From an uncultured Candidatus Saccharibacteria bacterium (GTDB lineage Bacteria > Patescibacteriota > Saccharimonadia > Saccharimonadales > CAIOMD01), in contig CAZMHJ010000002.1 of NCBI GenBank assembly GCA_964566075.1, positions 1-56,732 of the forward strand: a stretch of DNA of 56,732 bases. Direction: 5' to 3'. Made by a program: the position numbers and the translations under genes. The notes beneath the pieces were generated by a model that made no database searches, had not been told where the DNA came from, and saw only the letters and a program-made list of their open reading frames with translations. This document shows, one piece after another, positions 18,471 to 28,496 of this stretch. Each line of letters opens with the position of its first letter. The stretch's first letter is position 1.

Positions 18471-18974
18471 ATGGAAACCGAATCTCATGTAAATCATAAA
18501 ACGAAAAAGTCAGCTGATGGCTTTAAAATTGGCCTTATGGCGCTGATAGTTGTTGTGTTATGTGGTGTCAGCTTTATGGCAGGTATGGCTTTTCAAAAGA
18601 AGCAGGCCAAAACCACGGTTGCAAACTTTAGCACCAACGGTGGTTTTGGCAATGGTATGATGGGCGGTCGCGTTGGTATACGTGGTGGCCTGGGTACCGT
18701 CACCGCCGTTTCCACATCAAGTATTAGTGTTAAAAATGATCGCACAAGTTCTATTAGCACATATACCATTGACAGTAACACTACGGTAACAAACAACGGT
18801 ACAGCATCAACCATAAGTGCTATTAAAGTTGGGGACACTGTAATCGTCCAGACAAGCTCAAGTGATACCAAAAAGGCTAGTCGTATCATTGTTAATCCAA
18901 CCATGCCAAGTGGCGGACCAGAGTCAGGTGCGTCGACGAGCAATACCATTGATGACGGAGCAGGGGCACTGTAA
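18471..18974 (+). CDS. membrane-anchored Thr/Ser-rich beta protein (DUF5666-like, tentative)
   Basis: AGGAG RBS, N-terminal TM, Gly-rich linker, then VTAVSTSSISVKN...IKVGDTVIVQ. Confidence 0.55.
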   Translation: METESHVNHKTKKSADGFKIGLMALIVVVLCGVSFMAGMAFQKKQAKTTVANFSTNGGFGNGMMGGRVGIRGGLGTVTAVSTSSISVKNDRTSSISTYTIDSNTTVTNNGTASTISAIKVGDTVIVQTSSSDTKKASRIIVNPTMPSGGPESGASTSNTIDDGAGAL

Positions 18975-19030
18975 GATCATCATATTTAGTCTTTTATTAC
19001 GTTCGTGATAAGCGCATACTAGTAAAAAGG

Positions 19031-20155
19031 ATGATTCGTGTCGTAAGCCGTAGTGTAAGCTACCTATACAAACATGTCGCAAAGCCAATACTGTTTCGCT
19101 TTCGCCCTGATAGCGTACACAACATGCTTATCGCGACCGGTAAAATAATCGTTAAACTACCCTTAGTAAAAACACTACTTAGGGTAGTTTTTCGTTACGA
19201 AGATACGAGGCTTACGCAAACAGTGTGCGGCATCAGATTTGATAATCCCATCGGACTTTCGGCTGGGTTTGATAAAAATTTTGAGCTACTCGAACTACTC
19301 CCCCAAATTGGCTTTGGGTTTGTAGAGGGGGGTTCGTTGACGGCAAAACCGAGTGATGGTAACCCCCGGCCACACTACCATCGTTTAAAACAAAGCAAAT
19401 CTATTTTAGTTAATGCTGGTTTAAACAATCATGGTGTTGATGCCATTATTAAGCGAATAAAACGGTATAAAACCATCTCGTATCCGCTAAACGTGTCTGT
19501 TGCCAAAACAAATGCCCTCAGTGCAGCATCCGAGCAAGAGGGAATTGACGATTACGTCGTTAGCCTCAAAAAGCTCAAACAAGCAAACATTGGAAATGTT
19601 ATTACTATAAATATTTCTTGTCCTAATGCGTTTGGTGGTGAACCATACACAACGCCAGAGCGATTAGAAAAGCTATTGTCCGCGGTTGATGCTGTCAAAC
19701 TTACGGTACCGGTATTTATAAAAATGCCAATTGATAAACCCTGGTCTGAATTTAAATTGCTACTCGATGTCATCCTTCGGCACAGTATTAGCGGCGTTAC
19801 CATCGGAAATTTAGCCAAAAATCGCGACAACCCACACATCAAAGATGAACTTACACCCGGCTTAAAAGGGAATATGAGCGGCAGGCCGACGTGGGACTTG
19901 TCGAATAATCTTATTAGTAAAACGTACGCCTACTGTGGTGATAAACTCATTATCATCGGAGTTGGCGGCGTTTTTTCTGCAGCCGATGCTTACGAAAAGA
20001 TTACAAGAGGCGCCACACTCGTAGAACTCATTACCGGTATGATATTCGAAGGTCCTAGCCTTATTGGCCAAATAAATGATGGTTTAGTTTCACTGCTTGA
20101 CGATGACGGCTACACCACCATCTCTGACGCTATCGGTGCTCAACATCGTCGCTAG
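19031..20155 (+). CDS. pyrD: dihydroorotate dehydrogenase, class-2-type architecture
   Basis: It aligns by eye with E. coli PyrD along its length (NPIGLSAGFDKN, NNHGVD, INISCPN, MSGRP, IIGVGGV, GMIFEGPSLI). It has the class-2 N-terminal extension but Cys in the NIS[S/C]PN loop. Confidence 0.85.
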   Translation: MIRVVSRSVSYLYKHVAKPILFRFRPDSVHNMLIATGKIIVKLPLVKTLLRVVFRYEDTRLTQTVCGIRFDNPIGLSAGFDKNFELLELLPQIGFGFVEGGSLTAKPSDGNPRPHYHRLKQSKSILVNAGLNNHGVDAIIKRIKRYKTISYPLNVSVAKTNALSAASEQEGIDDYVVSLKKLKQANIGNVITINISCPNAFGGEPYTTPERLEKLLSAVDAVKLTVPVFIKMPIDKPWSEFKLLLDVILRHSISGVTIGNLAKNRDNPHIKDELTPGLKGNMSGRPTWDLSNNLISKTYAYCGDKLIIIGVGGVFSAADAYEKITRGATLVELITGMIFEGPSLIGQINDGLVSLLDDDGYTTISDAIGAQHRR

Positions 20156-20211
20156 TATCAGCATGTTCTCAGGTAATCACCGTACTATTATTGCCAAGGA
20201 GGAAATAAGGT

Positions 20212-20481
20212 ATGGTAGAGCAGTTTGCACAGTTGTACCGGGAAGATTTTCCGATGACAACCCACATGTATGCATCTGACGACCGATGGTTTACCTTGGT
20301 AGGGTTTATCGTTTTTATCGCAATCGTGGGAGCAATTCTATTGATTGTGTATAAAATCGCAACCAAACCTGCTGCGAGCCAAGGCAACAATCCATTAGAT
20401 ATCGCCCGAGAACGCTATGCGAAAGGCGAGATTACTAAGGAAGAATTTACCGATATCAAAAAAGAGCTATCGGCTAAATAG
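20212..20481 (+). CDS. SHOCT-domain membrane protein
   Basis: GGAGG RBS, one TM and a C-terminal RERYAKGEITKEEFTDIKKEL (SHOCT motif). Confidence 0.75.
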   Translation: MVEQFAQLYREDFPMTTHMYASDDRWFTLVGFIVFIAIVGAILLIVYKIATKPAASQGNNPLDIARERYAKGEITKEEFTDIKKELSAK

Positions 20482-20517
20482 CCTCCGGCCAATCGTCCCA
20501 CAACCCTCTGGGACGAT

Positions 20518-20551
20518 AAAAAAACAGCGCTGAAATCAGCGCTGTTTTTTT
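20518..20551. terminator. bidirectional rho-independent terminator
   Basis: A7-CAGCGCTG-AAAT-CAGCGCTG-T7 between convergent genes. A second hairpin, CGTCCCA...TGGGACG, lies just upstream. Confidence 0.7.
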
Positions 20552-20564
20552 GTATAAGCTTTGA

Positions 20565-21092
20565 TTATTTTCTACTTTTTTTAGCTTTTTTTGCTGATTT
20601 TTTACCCGTAGGTAATGAAGCAATGTATAAATAGGCTACTAGTGAAGCAGCTGCAGCCGCAAGTAGGCCAAGAGCAGACCAAAAGGCAATAACGCCCATG
20701 AGACCCCAACCATATGCGCTCAGTAATAAGCCCCGCAGTGTCTCACCCATAAAGAGCGTCTGTCGTTGTGCGGCAAGTGTTTGGTTCTTTGTATCTTTTA
20801 AATATGCAGCGCTGACTTCAGAATACGTTTGGCCGTTGGCAACTTTTTGAAGATGACCTTTAATGTATTGTGAATACGCGTATGCTTCGGCACCCGTATC
20901 AACTGGCTGCCCACCGTATTTTGCTAAATCACTATCACCCTCAGCCTTAAGCTGCTCAGCCGAAGGGAATGTTACTTTTTGGTCAATTAGTTGATCGTGG
21001 ACCATATTTTTCGCGAAGGTACTACCCCACATAACAAGTCCACCCGCAACTGCAAGTACTACAGTGGCCACTAGTAAGACATATCGTTTCAT
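20565..21092 (-). CDS. hypothetical membrane protein with Lys-rich C-terminal tail
   Basis: N-terminal TM, a soluble domain, two C-terminal TM segments and KKSAKKAKKSRK. Confidence 0.6.
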   Translation of the reverse strand: MKRYVLLVATVVLAVAGGLVMWGSTFAKNMVHDQLIDQKVTFPSAEQLKAEGDSDLAKYGGQPVDTGAEAYAYSQYIKGHLQKVANGQTYSEVSAAYLKDTKNQTLAAQRQTLFMGETLRGLLLSAYGWGLMGVIAFWSALGLLAAAAASLVAYLYIASLPTGKKSAKKAKKSRK

Positions 21093-21230
21093 TCTGTTAT
21101 TCCTTTTTGTTTTAGTTGTATGAACTCACCATACTATAAAAGTCTTTTGTTGTAAATATGACATTTACTTATGTTTGTTAAGTAAATGCTTATGCTTTAG
21201 AAAAAACATAAAACAGAGTACCATTATGGA

Positions 21231-21962
21231 ATGGCTATTCGACATGTCGCGCTTCCACATACGCTGACATTTAAACAAAAAACAGAAGTTGCCCCTGGGG
21301 TATTCGCATTCTCCTTTATTCCTCAGAAGCCTATCACATGGAGGGCAGGCCAGCATGGCATATTTGAAATACCACTTGCTAATGGTAAAACTGGCCGAAA
21401 GCCGTTTTCTATTTCTTCAGCACCCGCAGAAGGCGTCGTTACTATCACGACTAGATTTAGCAATGAGTTTGCAGGCCCCTTTAAACAAGCCTTATTTAAG
21501 ATGAAAAAGGGTACCGAAATAAAAATGCGGGGGCCGATTGGTAAGCTATATATAAAGCACCCAAAAAAGTCGTATGGACTGCTCGCAACTGGTATTGGCA
21601 TCACCCCGTTTCGATCGTTGTTAACACAGCTCGACGCCGACCAGCTTGATACCAAAGTGACGCTTGTGTATGTTGGTAACAAAGATAACCATTTTTACCG
21701 CTCTGAGCTCACCGATATTAAAAATAAATATCCAAATATTACAATCTATTACATTTTTAAACCCGAACGCATTACCGGGCACATTATCGAAGAAATATTT
21801 GCCTCAGAGCTACCAGATACAATCTTTTTACTATCAGGCTCGCGGCAAATGATTAAAAGTTATCGGCGAACCCTGCAAGGACTCGGTGTGCCTCGCAGTC
21901 ATATCAAAAAAGACACGTTTTTAGGCTTACGCCCAGCCTCGGCACCGCCAACCGAACCATAA
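21231..21962 (+). CDS. FNR-type FAD/NAD(P)-binding oxidoreductase
   Basis: RKPFSISS (the RxYS-like FAD motif) and GIGITPFRSLL (the NAD(P) GxGxxP motif). Confidence 0.75.
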   Translation: MAIRHVALPHTLTFKQKTEVAPGVFAFSFIPQKPITWRAGQHGIFEIPLANGKTGRKPFSISSAPAEGVVTITTRFSNEFAGPFKQALFKMKKGTEIKMRGPIGKLYIKHPKKSYGLLATGIGITPFRSLLTQLDADQLDTKVTLVYVGNKDNHFYRSELTDIKNKYPNITIYYIFKPERITGHIIEEIFASELPDTIFLLSGSRQMIKSYRRTLQGLGVPRSHIKKDTFLGLRPASAPPTEP

Positions 21963-21997
21963 AAAATACCCCGCTAACAAAGCGGGGTATTTTTTTA
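21961..21997. terminator. bidirectional rho-independent terminator
   Basis: A6-TACCCCGCT-AACAA-AGCGGGGTA-T7 between convergent genes. Confidence 0.7.
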
Positions 21998-22009
21998 TAT
22001 TTTTTACTT

Positions 22010-22423
22010 TTACTCTAAATGTGCAGCTTCATCACCATGAACAATCAAAGCGTAAATAACCAGTACATCGAGTACGATTATCACCGCTGACCACCATGGG
22101 TATGCAGCAAAGAACAAGAGGTTTGCAAGCATACTAAGGCCTGCAAAAATCACACCGACAACACGGCCCCAGGATTTTCCTGAAAACAGTGCTAGGCCAG
22201 CACAAAAGACGATCGCACCGAGCACGAGGTGAATCCAGCCCCATTGTGTTATGTCTACTTTTACAATCCATTCAGGCAACACTACGTAGTAGGTATCCTT
22301 CAAGATTGCTGTCAGCCCTTGGAGCATTTGGAAAAATCCAACAAACACCATGATAAAGGCTGCAAAGTAAACCCAGCCAACCCAGCCTGAAACGTCAGCT
22401 GGATTAGAACTTCTCTTTGCCAT
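22010..22423 (-). CDS. 4-TM membrane protein
   Basis: 137-aa ORF with four clear hydrophobic helices. No function assignable. Confidence 0.65.
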   Translation of the reverse strand: MAKRSSNPADVSGWVGWVYFAAFIMVFVGFFQMLQGLTAILKDTYYVVLPEWIVKVDITQWGWIHLVLGAIVFCAGLALFSGKSWGRVVGVIFAGLSMLANLLFFAAYPWWSAVIIVLDVLVIYALIVHGDEAAHLE

Positions 22424-22488
22424 AAACCACTCCTCCTTTAGTTTGTAACTGTATTATATGCGCCGAGTGCTTTATAAAGTCAACAGTT

Positions 22489-22770
22489 TTATTGGTAGGG
22501 AGTCGTTGGTGCTGTTTGCACAATCTCAACAATTTTTTCAACCAGAGGGCCTATAACCGGTACGCTATTAAATTGCGTTAAAACAGATAGCACTATCGCC
22601 ACAACAATCGTACCACCGATAAAGATACCAAGCCCATAGACAATACCTCTTAGAAAGCTAAACCATAGAAAACGTTTAGGATTTGCATAGCCAATTAAAT
22701 ATACTTCTTCAAGCGCTTTGCCGAGCTTTTCGTAGTCTTTTGCGGTCATTTTTTTAGATATTTCTGCCAT
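22489..22770 (-). CDS. small membrane protein
   Basis: 93 aa, with an amphipathic N-terminus followed by hydrophobic helices. Confidence 0.55.
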   Translation of the reverse strand: MAEISKKMTAKDYEKLGKALEEVYLIGYANPKRFLWFSFLRGIVYGLGIFIGGTIVVAIVLSVLTQFNSVPVIGPLVEKIVEIVQTAPTTPYQ

Positions 22771-22808
22771 ATCACTATTGTACAGCCCAAGTGCTACAAT
22801 CGGTATAC

Positions 22809-23195
22809 ATGATTAACATAACCAGTGAAGAGTTCAATCAGTACGCATCCGAGGCTATTGATTCGTTACCAGCTCACTATTTAGACCATCTGAGTAACGT
22901 TGCTATCGTTGTAGAAGACGAACCAAGCCCCGAGCAACGACAAAAACTGCACCTCGTTAACGGCGTAACCTTGTTTGGACTCTACGAAGGTATTCCACTC
23001 ACGAATCGAAGTGGTAATTACTCGTTGGTGCTACCCGATAAAATCACCATTTTTAAACGACCAATCGAAGCTTCGAGTAACTCACTTCCGGAGCTTAAAG
23101 AACAGCTAAAGCGCACTATTTGGCATGAGATTGCTCATCATTATGGTCTTGGGCACGACCGTATTGATGAGCTTGAATCAAAAGCTAATCAATAA
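22809..23195 (+). CDS. zincin-like metallopeptidase family protein (DUF1025-like)
   Basis: HEIAHHYG (HExxH) near the C-terminus. I prefer ATG 22809 over the track start 22791 because TGCTACAAT (22792-22800) looks like an extended -10 element 8 nt upstream of it. Confidence 0.7.
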   Translation: MINITSEEFNQYASEAIDSLPAHYLDHLSNVAIVVEDEPSPEQRQKLHLVNGVTLFGLYEGIPLTNRSGNYSLVLPDKITIFKRPIEASSNSLPELKEQLKRTIWHEIAHHYGLGHDRIDELESKANQ

Positions 23196-23934
23196 GCACG
23201 ATTTTTTTAAGCTGCCTCGATAAAGCACTCCGTGGATCTTCCCCCTGAAACGTTTTGAGAGCAATCCATAAACCATAGCCAAACAGCATCCATAGTTCGC
23301 CCAGTAATGCCACGTTAAACCAGTGGATTGCCGAAGATGACCCAAATGTGAAAAACCCACCGACTATAATCGATGCAAATGCAATGAGCTTAATAATGCG
23401 AGTACGATATGCATCCTGATTCTTTCTTGTTTTACTCAGTAGAATATCAAAAATCACTGTTGCTGCCACACTTATGCCAACGATTGTTACACCCAAAAAG
23501 TGAATCCTATATGGCCATGGATGCCAACTAACTGGTGATAGCGCCACCATATATAAGCCTAGAATTGTAAAAGTTATAAACGTTAAGATTGGTTGTCTTC
23601 GTTTTAAGGTTCGCGATAAATAATTACGCCAACGCCACAAACCGTAGGCGGCAAAAAAGACCGAAAGTACAAAGAAAGGTGCCGTACGCACGTCGAGTCC
23701 AAAATCGCTAATCGCGGTCGTGTAGCTAAGCATGTCTGGCCGAATCAAAAAGCAAACCGTTAACCCAAATGCTAAACCTAATATACCGGTAATACCCCAA
23801 AATCGACCGTGTAAACGCTTGAAAAAACGAAAGATAAGCACGTCGTCTAAAAGCACACTAAAGCGATGTTTTCTAAACTTAAACTTATACACCGGTGCTT
23901 TTGCGCGCTTATGATCTGACCGTTTTGTAGCCAT
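23185..23934 (-). CDS. polytopic membrane protein
   Basis: 249 aa with at least 6 hydrophobic helices. No motif recognised. Confidence 0.6.
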   Translation of the reverse strand: MATKRSDHKRAKAPVYKFKFRKHRFSVLLDDVLIFRFFKRLHGRFWGITGILGLAFGLTVCFLIRPDMLSYTTAISDFGLDVRTAPFFVLSVFFAAYGLWRWRNYLSRTLKRRQPILTFITFTILGLYMVALSPVSWHPWPYRIHFLGVTIVGISVAATVIFDILLSKTRKNQDAYRTRIIKLIAFASIIVGGFFTFGSSSAIHWFNVALLGELWMLFGYGLWIALKTFQGEDPRSALSRQLKKIVLID

Positions 23935-24054
23935 AAGCGTATTGTACGCTAGTCAACAGATATGGAGCAAACCATAACATACGTCATAACAGATTATAAC
24001 GATTGAATAATTACTTAATTCATTGTATAATCACTACGAATAAAGTGAGGAACT

Positions 24055-25962
24055 ATGTCTAGTAACCGTCAACGCCGCGCGACACGAGTAGGTACCTTCT
24101 TAGCCGCCGCATCACTCCCAAAAACCTATCAACGTTCGTTATTGCCGCGCGATAGCCTCGATCAAGGCATTGCCAGTGGCTTAGTTGTAGCGCTAGTGTA
24201 CGCCCTTGGCATTGTCTTACAGGATGGTATTGATACAACCGCAAACATTGTGTCGGGCAGCCATCGAGACAAGGGCGATGACGGTAACCAACGTGGCTAC
24301 TCATTTGCTGTGAGCCTTGGTGCCGTTGGTGCTGGCTTATTACTGCAAAATGTCTTTAAACAAAAAGAGCACGAAGATTTAAGCCGTGCTGGCCTGCGAA
24401 CGGCAGGATACTGGCTTACCGCCGCTGGGGCGGCTGGGGCGGCAGTTGATACGCTCGAAAGCATTCCGCAGTGGTTTACAGATGAAGAATCAGATGTAGA
24501 GCTTCCGGCTGGAGTTATCCCACTTATTGGCGCACTGATTGCCATTATGAGCGAACGCTCGCGAGCAACAATCGAAGAACGACCAGAGCTTTTAGACGAA
24601 AACGGCAATGTTAATAAGCTCAAAGCAGTTGGTATTGCAGCGGCAGTAGCCGGTGTCATTGGGCTATTTAGCTTTGCAGAAGAAAAAATTGCACATTCTA
24701 TTGATAATACGCTTGGAGAGTATGTGCCAGCACTCCGCAAACGTTGGTTGCCACTTGGGCACTTAGTCGCACTCGGTGGTCTTGTGGGTGGCGTAGCGCT
24801 ATTATTACGCCGCACTTACCACAAGATTGAAAACGGTGCAGAACAGTTCGAAGCCGCCGTAAGCGAAATGCCTGCGTCACCTCAAGTCAGTGGTAGCCCA
24901 GCGAGTTATGTACCATGGAGCACCTTGTCGGTCCAAGGTCGTCGCCATGTGGTCGATCAACGAGATCCAAGCGATATCGAAGAAGTGATGGGTGAGTGGG
25001 CCCAGACGCCAATTCGTCTATTTGTTGGTGTTGATAGCGCTCCTACTGAATCTGAGCGAGTAGAACTTGCACTTGCCGAACTCCGCCGAACCAAAGCGTT
25101 TGACCGTGAATTCTTGATAGTTATTTCACCAACAGGTACAGGCTATGTCAATTACGTCTTTAGCCAATCAGTTGAGTACCTCAGTCGGGGTAATTGTGCT
25201 TCAGTTACGATTCAGTACTCTAAGAGGCCATCGCCTTTATCACTTGATCAAGTACCCGAAGGTCGCCATCACTATCGCATGCTCTTAAACGGTATCCGTA
25301 GGGAACTTAAGAATCGACCAGCAAGTCGCCGGCCAAAAATTATATTATTCGGTGAAAGTCTCGGTGCCTGGACAAGCCAAGATGCTTTCATGAATGAGGG
25401 GACCGATGGTTTTGAAGCACTCGGTATCCATCGTGCACTTTGGATTGGTACTCCAGCGGGCAGCAAATGGAAAGAACAGGTATTGTATGATAATCGACTT
25501 AATGTTGAAAAAGACGAAATTGGCGTCTTTAACGATTTTGGCCAATACAATCTTTTGCCAGAGACAGTTCGACAAAAATTACGCTACGTAATGATTACAC
25601 ACTACAACGACCCTGTTGCTCATTTCGGAACCTCGTTACTTATTCAAGCACCAGCCTGGTTGGCTAGTGACCGTTCTAAAAGGCCAAGTAGCGTACCAAA
25701 GACTACTCGTTGGCGCTCGCCAACCACCTTTGTACACACACTTATTGATATGAAGAACGCTCTCAAGCCTATTCCTGGTCAATTTGTAGCAACTGGCCAT
25801 GACTACCGTGGTGATCTTGCGAACTTTGTTAAAATCACTCTCCAAAAGCCAGTTACTGACGAACAGATGATTCGAGTAGAAGACGCCCTTAGGCGCAACG
25901 AAAAAGCCCAAGCAGACATGCTTGCTGGCAAAACAGACGAAAACGAAGAAACCGAAGTATAA
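24055..25962 (+). CDS. membrane-anchored alpha/beta-hydrolase family protein
   Basis: Multi-TM N-terminal half and a C-terminal hydrolase domain with nucleophile elbow GESLGAW. The architecture matches the membrane alpha/beta-hydrolase family common in Actinobacteria (from memory). Confidence 0.75.
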   Translation: MSSNRQRRATRVGTFLAAASLPKTYQRSLLPRDSLDQGIASGLVVALVYALGIVLQDGIDTTANIVSGSHRDKGDDGNQRGYSFAVSLGAVGAGLLLQNVFKQKEHEDLSRAGLRTAGYWLTAAGAAGAAVDTLESIPQWFTDEESDVELPAGVIPLIGALIAIMSERSRATIEERPELLDENGNVNKLKAVGIAAAVAGVIGLFSFAEEKIAHSIDNTLGEYVPALRKRWLPLGHLVALGGLVGGVALLLRRTYHKIENGAEQFEAAVSEMPASPQVSGSPASYVPWSTLSVQGRRHVVDQRDPSDIEEVMGEWAQTPIRLFVGVDSAPTESERVELALAELRRTKAFDREFLIVISPTGTGYVNYVFSQSVEYLSRGNCASVTIQYSKRPSPLSLDQVPEGRHHYRMLLNGIRRELKNRPASRRPKIILFGESLGAWTSQDAFMNEGTDGFEALGIHRALWIGTPAGSKWKEQVLYDNRLNVEKDEIGVFNDFGQYNLLPETVRQKLRYVMITHYNDPVAHFGTSLLIQAPAWLASDRSKRPSSVPKTTRWRSPTTFVHTLIDMKNALKPIPGQFVATGHDYRGDLANFVKITLQKPVTDEQMIRVEDALRRNEKAQADMLAGKTDENEETEV

Positions 25963-25971
25963 TAAAACGTA

Positions 25972-26697
25972 ATGGTGGATCAGACCTTTGCCCAAGAGCT
26001 TACGCTCGTTGTTTTAATCTTGTTGTATGGCACCGTGCTCGCACGATTAGTGCCAAAAAAATGGCATCTATACCTAAATATTTTTATTGCAGGTGTAGCC
26101 ATAATATTGGGTATGGCCTTTGGACTCAGCCTCTCACAGATGGGACTCGGCCACATATTACCCGGCATTTTTGTGGCGATTGGGGCATCTGCAATCATAA
26201 CTGTTGCAACTCTTGTTATTTCGACCATCCCTTATTTGCGACGATTTTTTCTTGGTGATGACCTCGCACACGCGAGCGGCAAACTCATTGCCTTTGAAGC
26301 AGCTATTCGTATTCCGCTTGGCACCGCACTCGTTGAAGAAATTTTGTTTCGCGGGGTACTGCTTGGCTTGCTCTTGCAACATCAATCAACCCTTGGCGCG
26401 TTACTAATTTCATCGCTTATTTTTGGCCTGTGGCATATATTTCCAACCATTAATACCCTCGAAACCAACAACGAGCTCTCGGTAATGAATGCTAAAAAAG
26501 CCCGACAGGCTGGCTCAATACTCGGAGCAGTATCAGTAACATTTATTGCAGGTCTTATCTTTGGCTGGCTTCGTATTATCGCCAACAGCATTATTGCACC
26601 ATGGATTTTGCATTGGTCCATTAACGCAAGTGGTGTACTTGGCATAGCGGTTGCGCGTAAACTAGAACATAGAAAAGAGGCAAAACATGAAAAGTAA
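25972..26697 (+). CDS. CPBP-family intramembrane glutamic endopeptidase (CAAX protease-like)
   Basis: EEILFRGVL motif 1, FGLWH motif 2 and a later HWSIN, in a polytopic protein. Confidence 0.85.
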   Translation: MVDQTFAQELTLVVLILLYGTVLARLVPKKWHLYLNIFIAGVAIILGMAFGLSLSQMGLGHILPGIFVAIGASAIITVATLVISTIPYLRRFFLGDDLAHASGKLIAFEAAIRIPLGTALVEEILFRGVLLGLLLQHQSTLGALLISSLIFGLWHIFPTINTLETNNELSVMNAKKARQAGSILGAVSVTFIAGLIFGWLRIIANSIIAPWILHWSINASGVLGIAVARKLEHRKEAKHEK

Positions 26698-28468
26698 AGC
26701 AGCTATTTTACTAATAAGTATCTTAGGTGGTTTTCTTGTTGTAAGCATGCCAGCCCGCGCGCAAAATACGCAAAACTTTACAATTCAGTCTTTCCAGGCA
26801 GACTACACACTATCTAAAGACAGCCAAAATGTCAGTCAGCTTCTGATTGACGAATACATAACGGCCTTGTTTCCTGATTACGATCAAAATCACGGCATAC
26901 TTCGTGCTATTCCGTTAACCTACGGCGATAACCAACTCAAGCCAACTATTAAATTGATTGACACTCAGTCGAGTGATAACGCGCCAGCTGGAACCGCCTG
27001 GAGCTACACAACCACAAACGAAAATGGCAACCTTGTCGTAAAAATTGGTAGTGCCGATAGCTATGTGCACGGCCAACAGTCATTTCATATTCGATACCAA
27101 ATGCAGAACGTGATAAAGCAGTATAACGGCTACCAGGAACTATTCTGGAACATCAATGGTACTCAATGGCAACAGCCCATGACGGTGGTTTCGGCTCGGT
27201 TAAAGTTTACAGATGGCACCGGTCCTCCAACTGCTCAAGAATTTACATGCTACAGTGGCTCGTTTGGTAGTAACCAAAAAAACTGCACAACCAGCACGCA
27301 AGGTGATGTTCTGTATATCCAATCAACGCAGCCGCTGAGCGCAGGCGAGAATATTAGCTTTGCCATAAAATTCAAAGACAATTCCTTTCTGATACTCAAG
27401 CAAAGCTTCTTAGAAAAATATGGCGCGCTTATTGGCATTATTGCACTCACCGCCTTCATACCAATAATTACTTCTTTTATTATTCTCACAAAATGGCGTA
27501 AATACGGCCGAGATCCAAAAGGGCGGGGTACTATTGTTGCTGAATATGATCCGCCCAAAGACACCAGTGTACTTGTAAACAGTTATGTTTTCAGCGAATC
27601 TGGCAAACAAGTTGCCGTCACGGCACAACTCATTAACCTTGCTGTACGGGGCTATGTGCGAATTATTGATACCAATGACGACGAAAAAAAGAGCGATTTT
27701 TCACTTGAACTACTCAAAGTAGACGATGCCCTGACCGCTGAAGAGTTACAAACATTACGTATCTTTTTCGGTGATACTCAAGCACCTGGCGCAAGTGTCG
27801 TGCTAAATGATTTAAAAAATAAGCTCGCTCCTGAGGTCAAGAAACTACAGGCACAAGCTGCCCAAGTTGCAACAGATGCCGGTTTCTTTTCTAAAAATCC
27901 TAACAGTGTAACAAAACGCTATTATGGCGTTGGCGGCGCGTTTGTTGGCGTTGGCCTATTCTTGTTTGTACTTGGCCCAGTTGGTATAGGGTTGCTTATT
28001 TCAGGTGTTCTATTGCTCATTTTTGCGCGTGCTATGCCTGCTCGCACCCAGACAGGCGTAACGCTTCATGACTATTTACTAGGCCTTAAATTATATATTC
28101 AAATGGCAGAACAAGAACGCATTCGGTTCCATCAAAGCCCCGAAAATGCTGAACGCAAGCGCGTTGATGTCAATGACCCCAAGCAAATGGTTAAGCTGTT
28201 TGAAGACTTGCTACCCTACGCCATGCTCTTTGGCATGGAAAAGGAGTGGGGCAAACAATTTGAGTCACTCTATACAACGCCGCCCGAGTGGTACGGTGGC
28301 AACATGAATAGTTTCACTACTGGCTATCTTATTGGTAGCTTAGGTAACTTTAATAACGCTGCTGTTACCAGTTTCACCCCACCAGCAAGCAGCGGCGGCA
28401 GTGGTTTTTCAGGCGGTGGAGGCTTCTCCGGTGGCGGAGGTGGTGGCGGTGGCGGAGGTGGTTGGTAG
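26687..28468 (+). CDS. DUF2207-domain membrane protein with poly-Gly C-terminus
   Basis: Signal peptide, then a beta-rich ectodomain, then TM segments, then SSGGSGFSGGGGFSGGGGGGGGGGGW. This is the typical DUF2207 layout. Confidence 0.8.
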   Translation: MKSKAAILLISILGGFLVVSMPARAQNTQNFTIQSFQADYTLSKDSQNVSQLLIDEYITALFPDYDQNHGILRAIPLTYGDNQLKPTIKLIDTQSSDNAPAGTAWSYTTTNENGNLVVKIGSADSYVHGQQSFHIRYQMQNVIKQYNGYQELFWNINGTQWQQPMTVVSARLKFTDGTGPPTAQEFTCYSGSFGSNQKNCTTSTQGDVLYIQSTQPLSAGENISFAIKFKDNSFLILKQSFLEKYGALIGIIALTAFIPIITSFIILTKWRKYGRDPKGRGTIVAEYDPPKDTSVLVNSYVFSESGKQVAVTAQLINLAVRGYVRIIDTNDDEKKSDFSLELLKVDDALTAEELQTLRIFFGDTQAPGASVVLNDLKNKLAPEVKKLQAQAAQVATDAGFFSKNPNSVTKRYYGVGGAFVGVGLFLFVLGPVGIGLLISGVLLLIFARAMPARTQTGVTLHDYLLGLKLYIQMAEQERIRFHQSPENAERKRVDVNDPKQMVKLFEDLLPYAMLFGMEKEWGKQFESLYTTPPEWYGGNMNSFTTGYLIGSLGNFNNAAVTSFTPPASSGGSGFSGGGGFSGGGGGGGGGGGW

Positions 28469-28496
28469 CAAATAATTATGTATACTAATCAGTATT

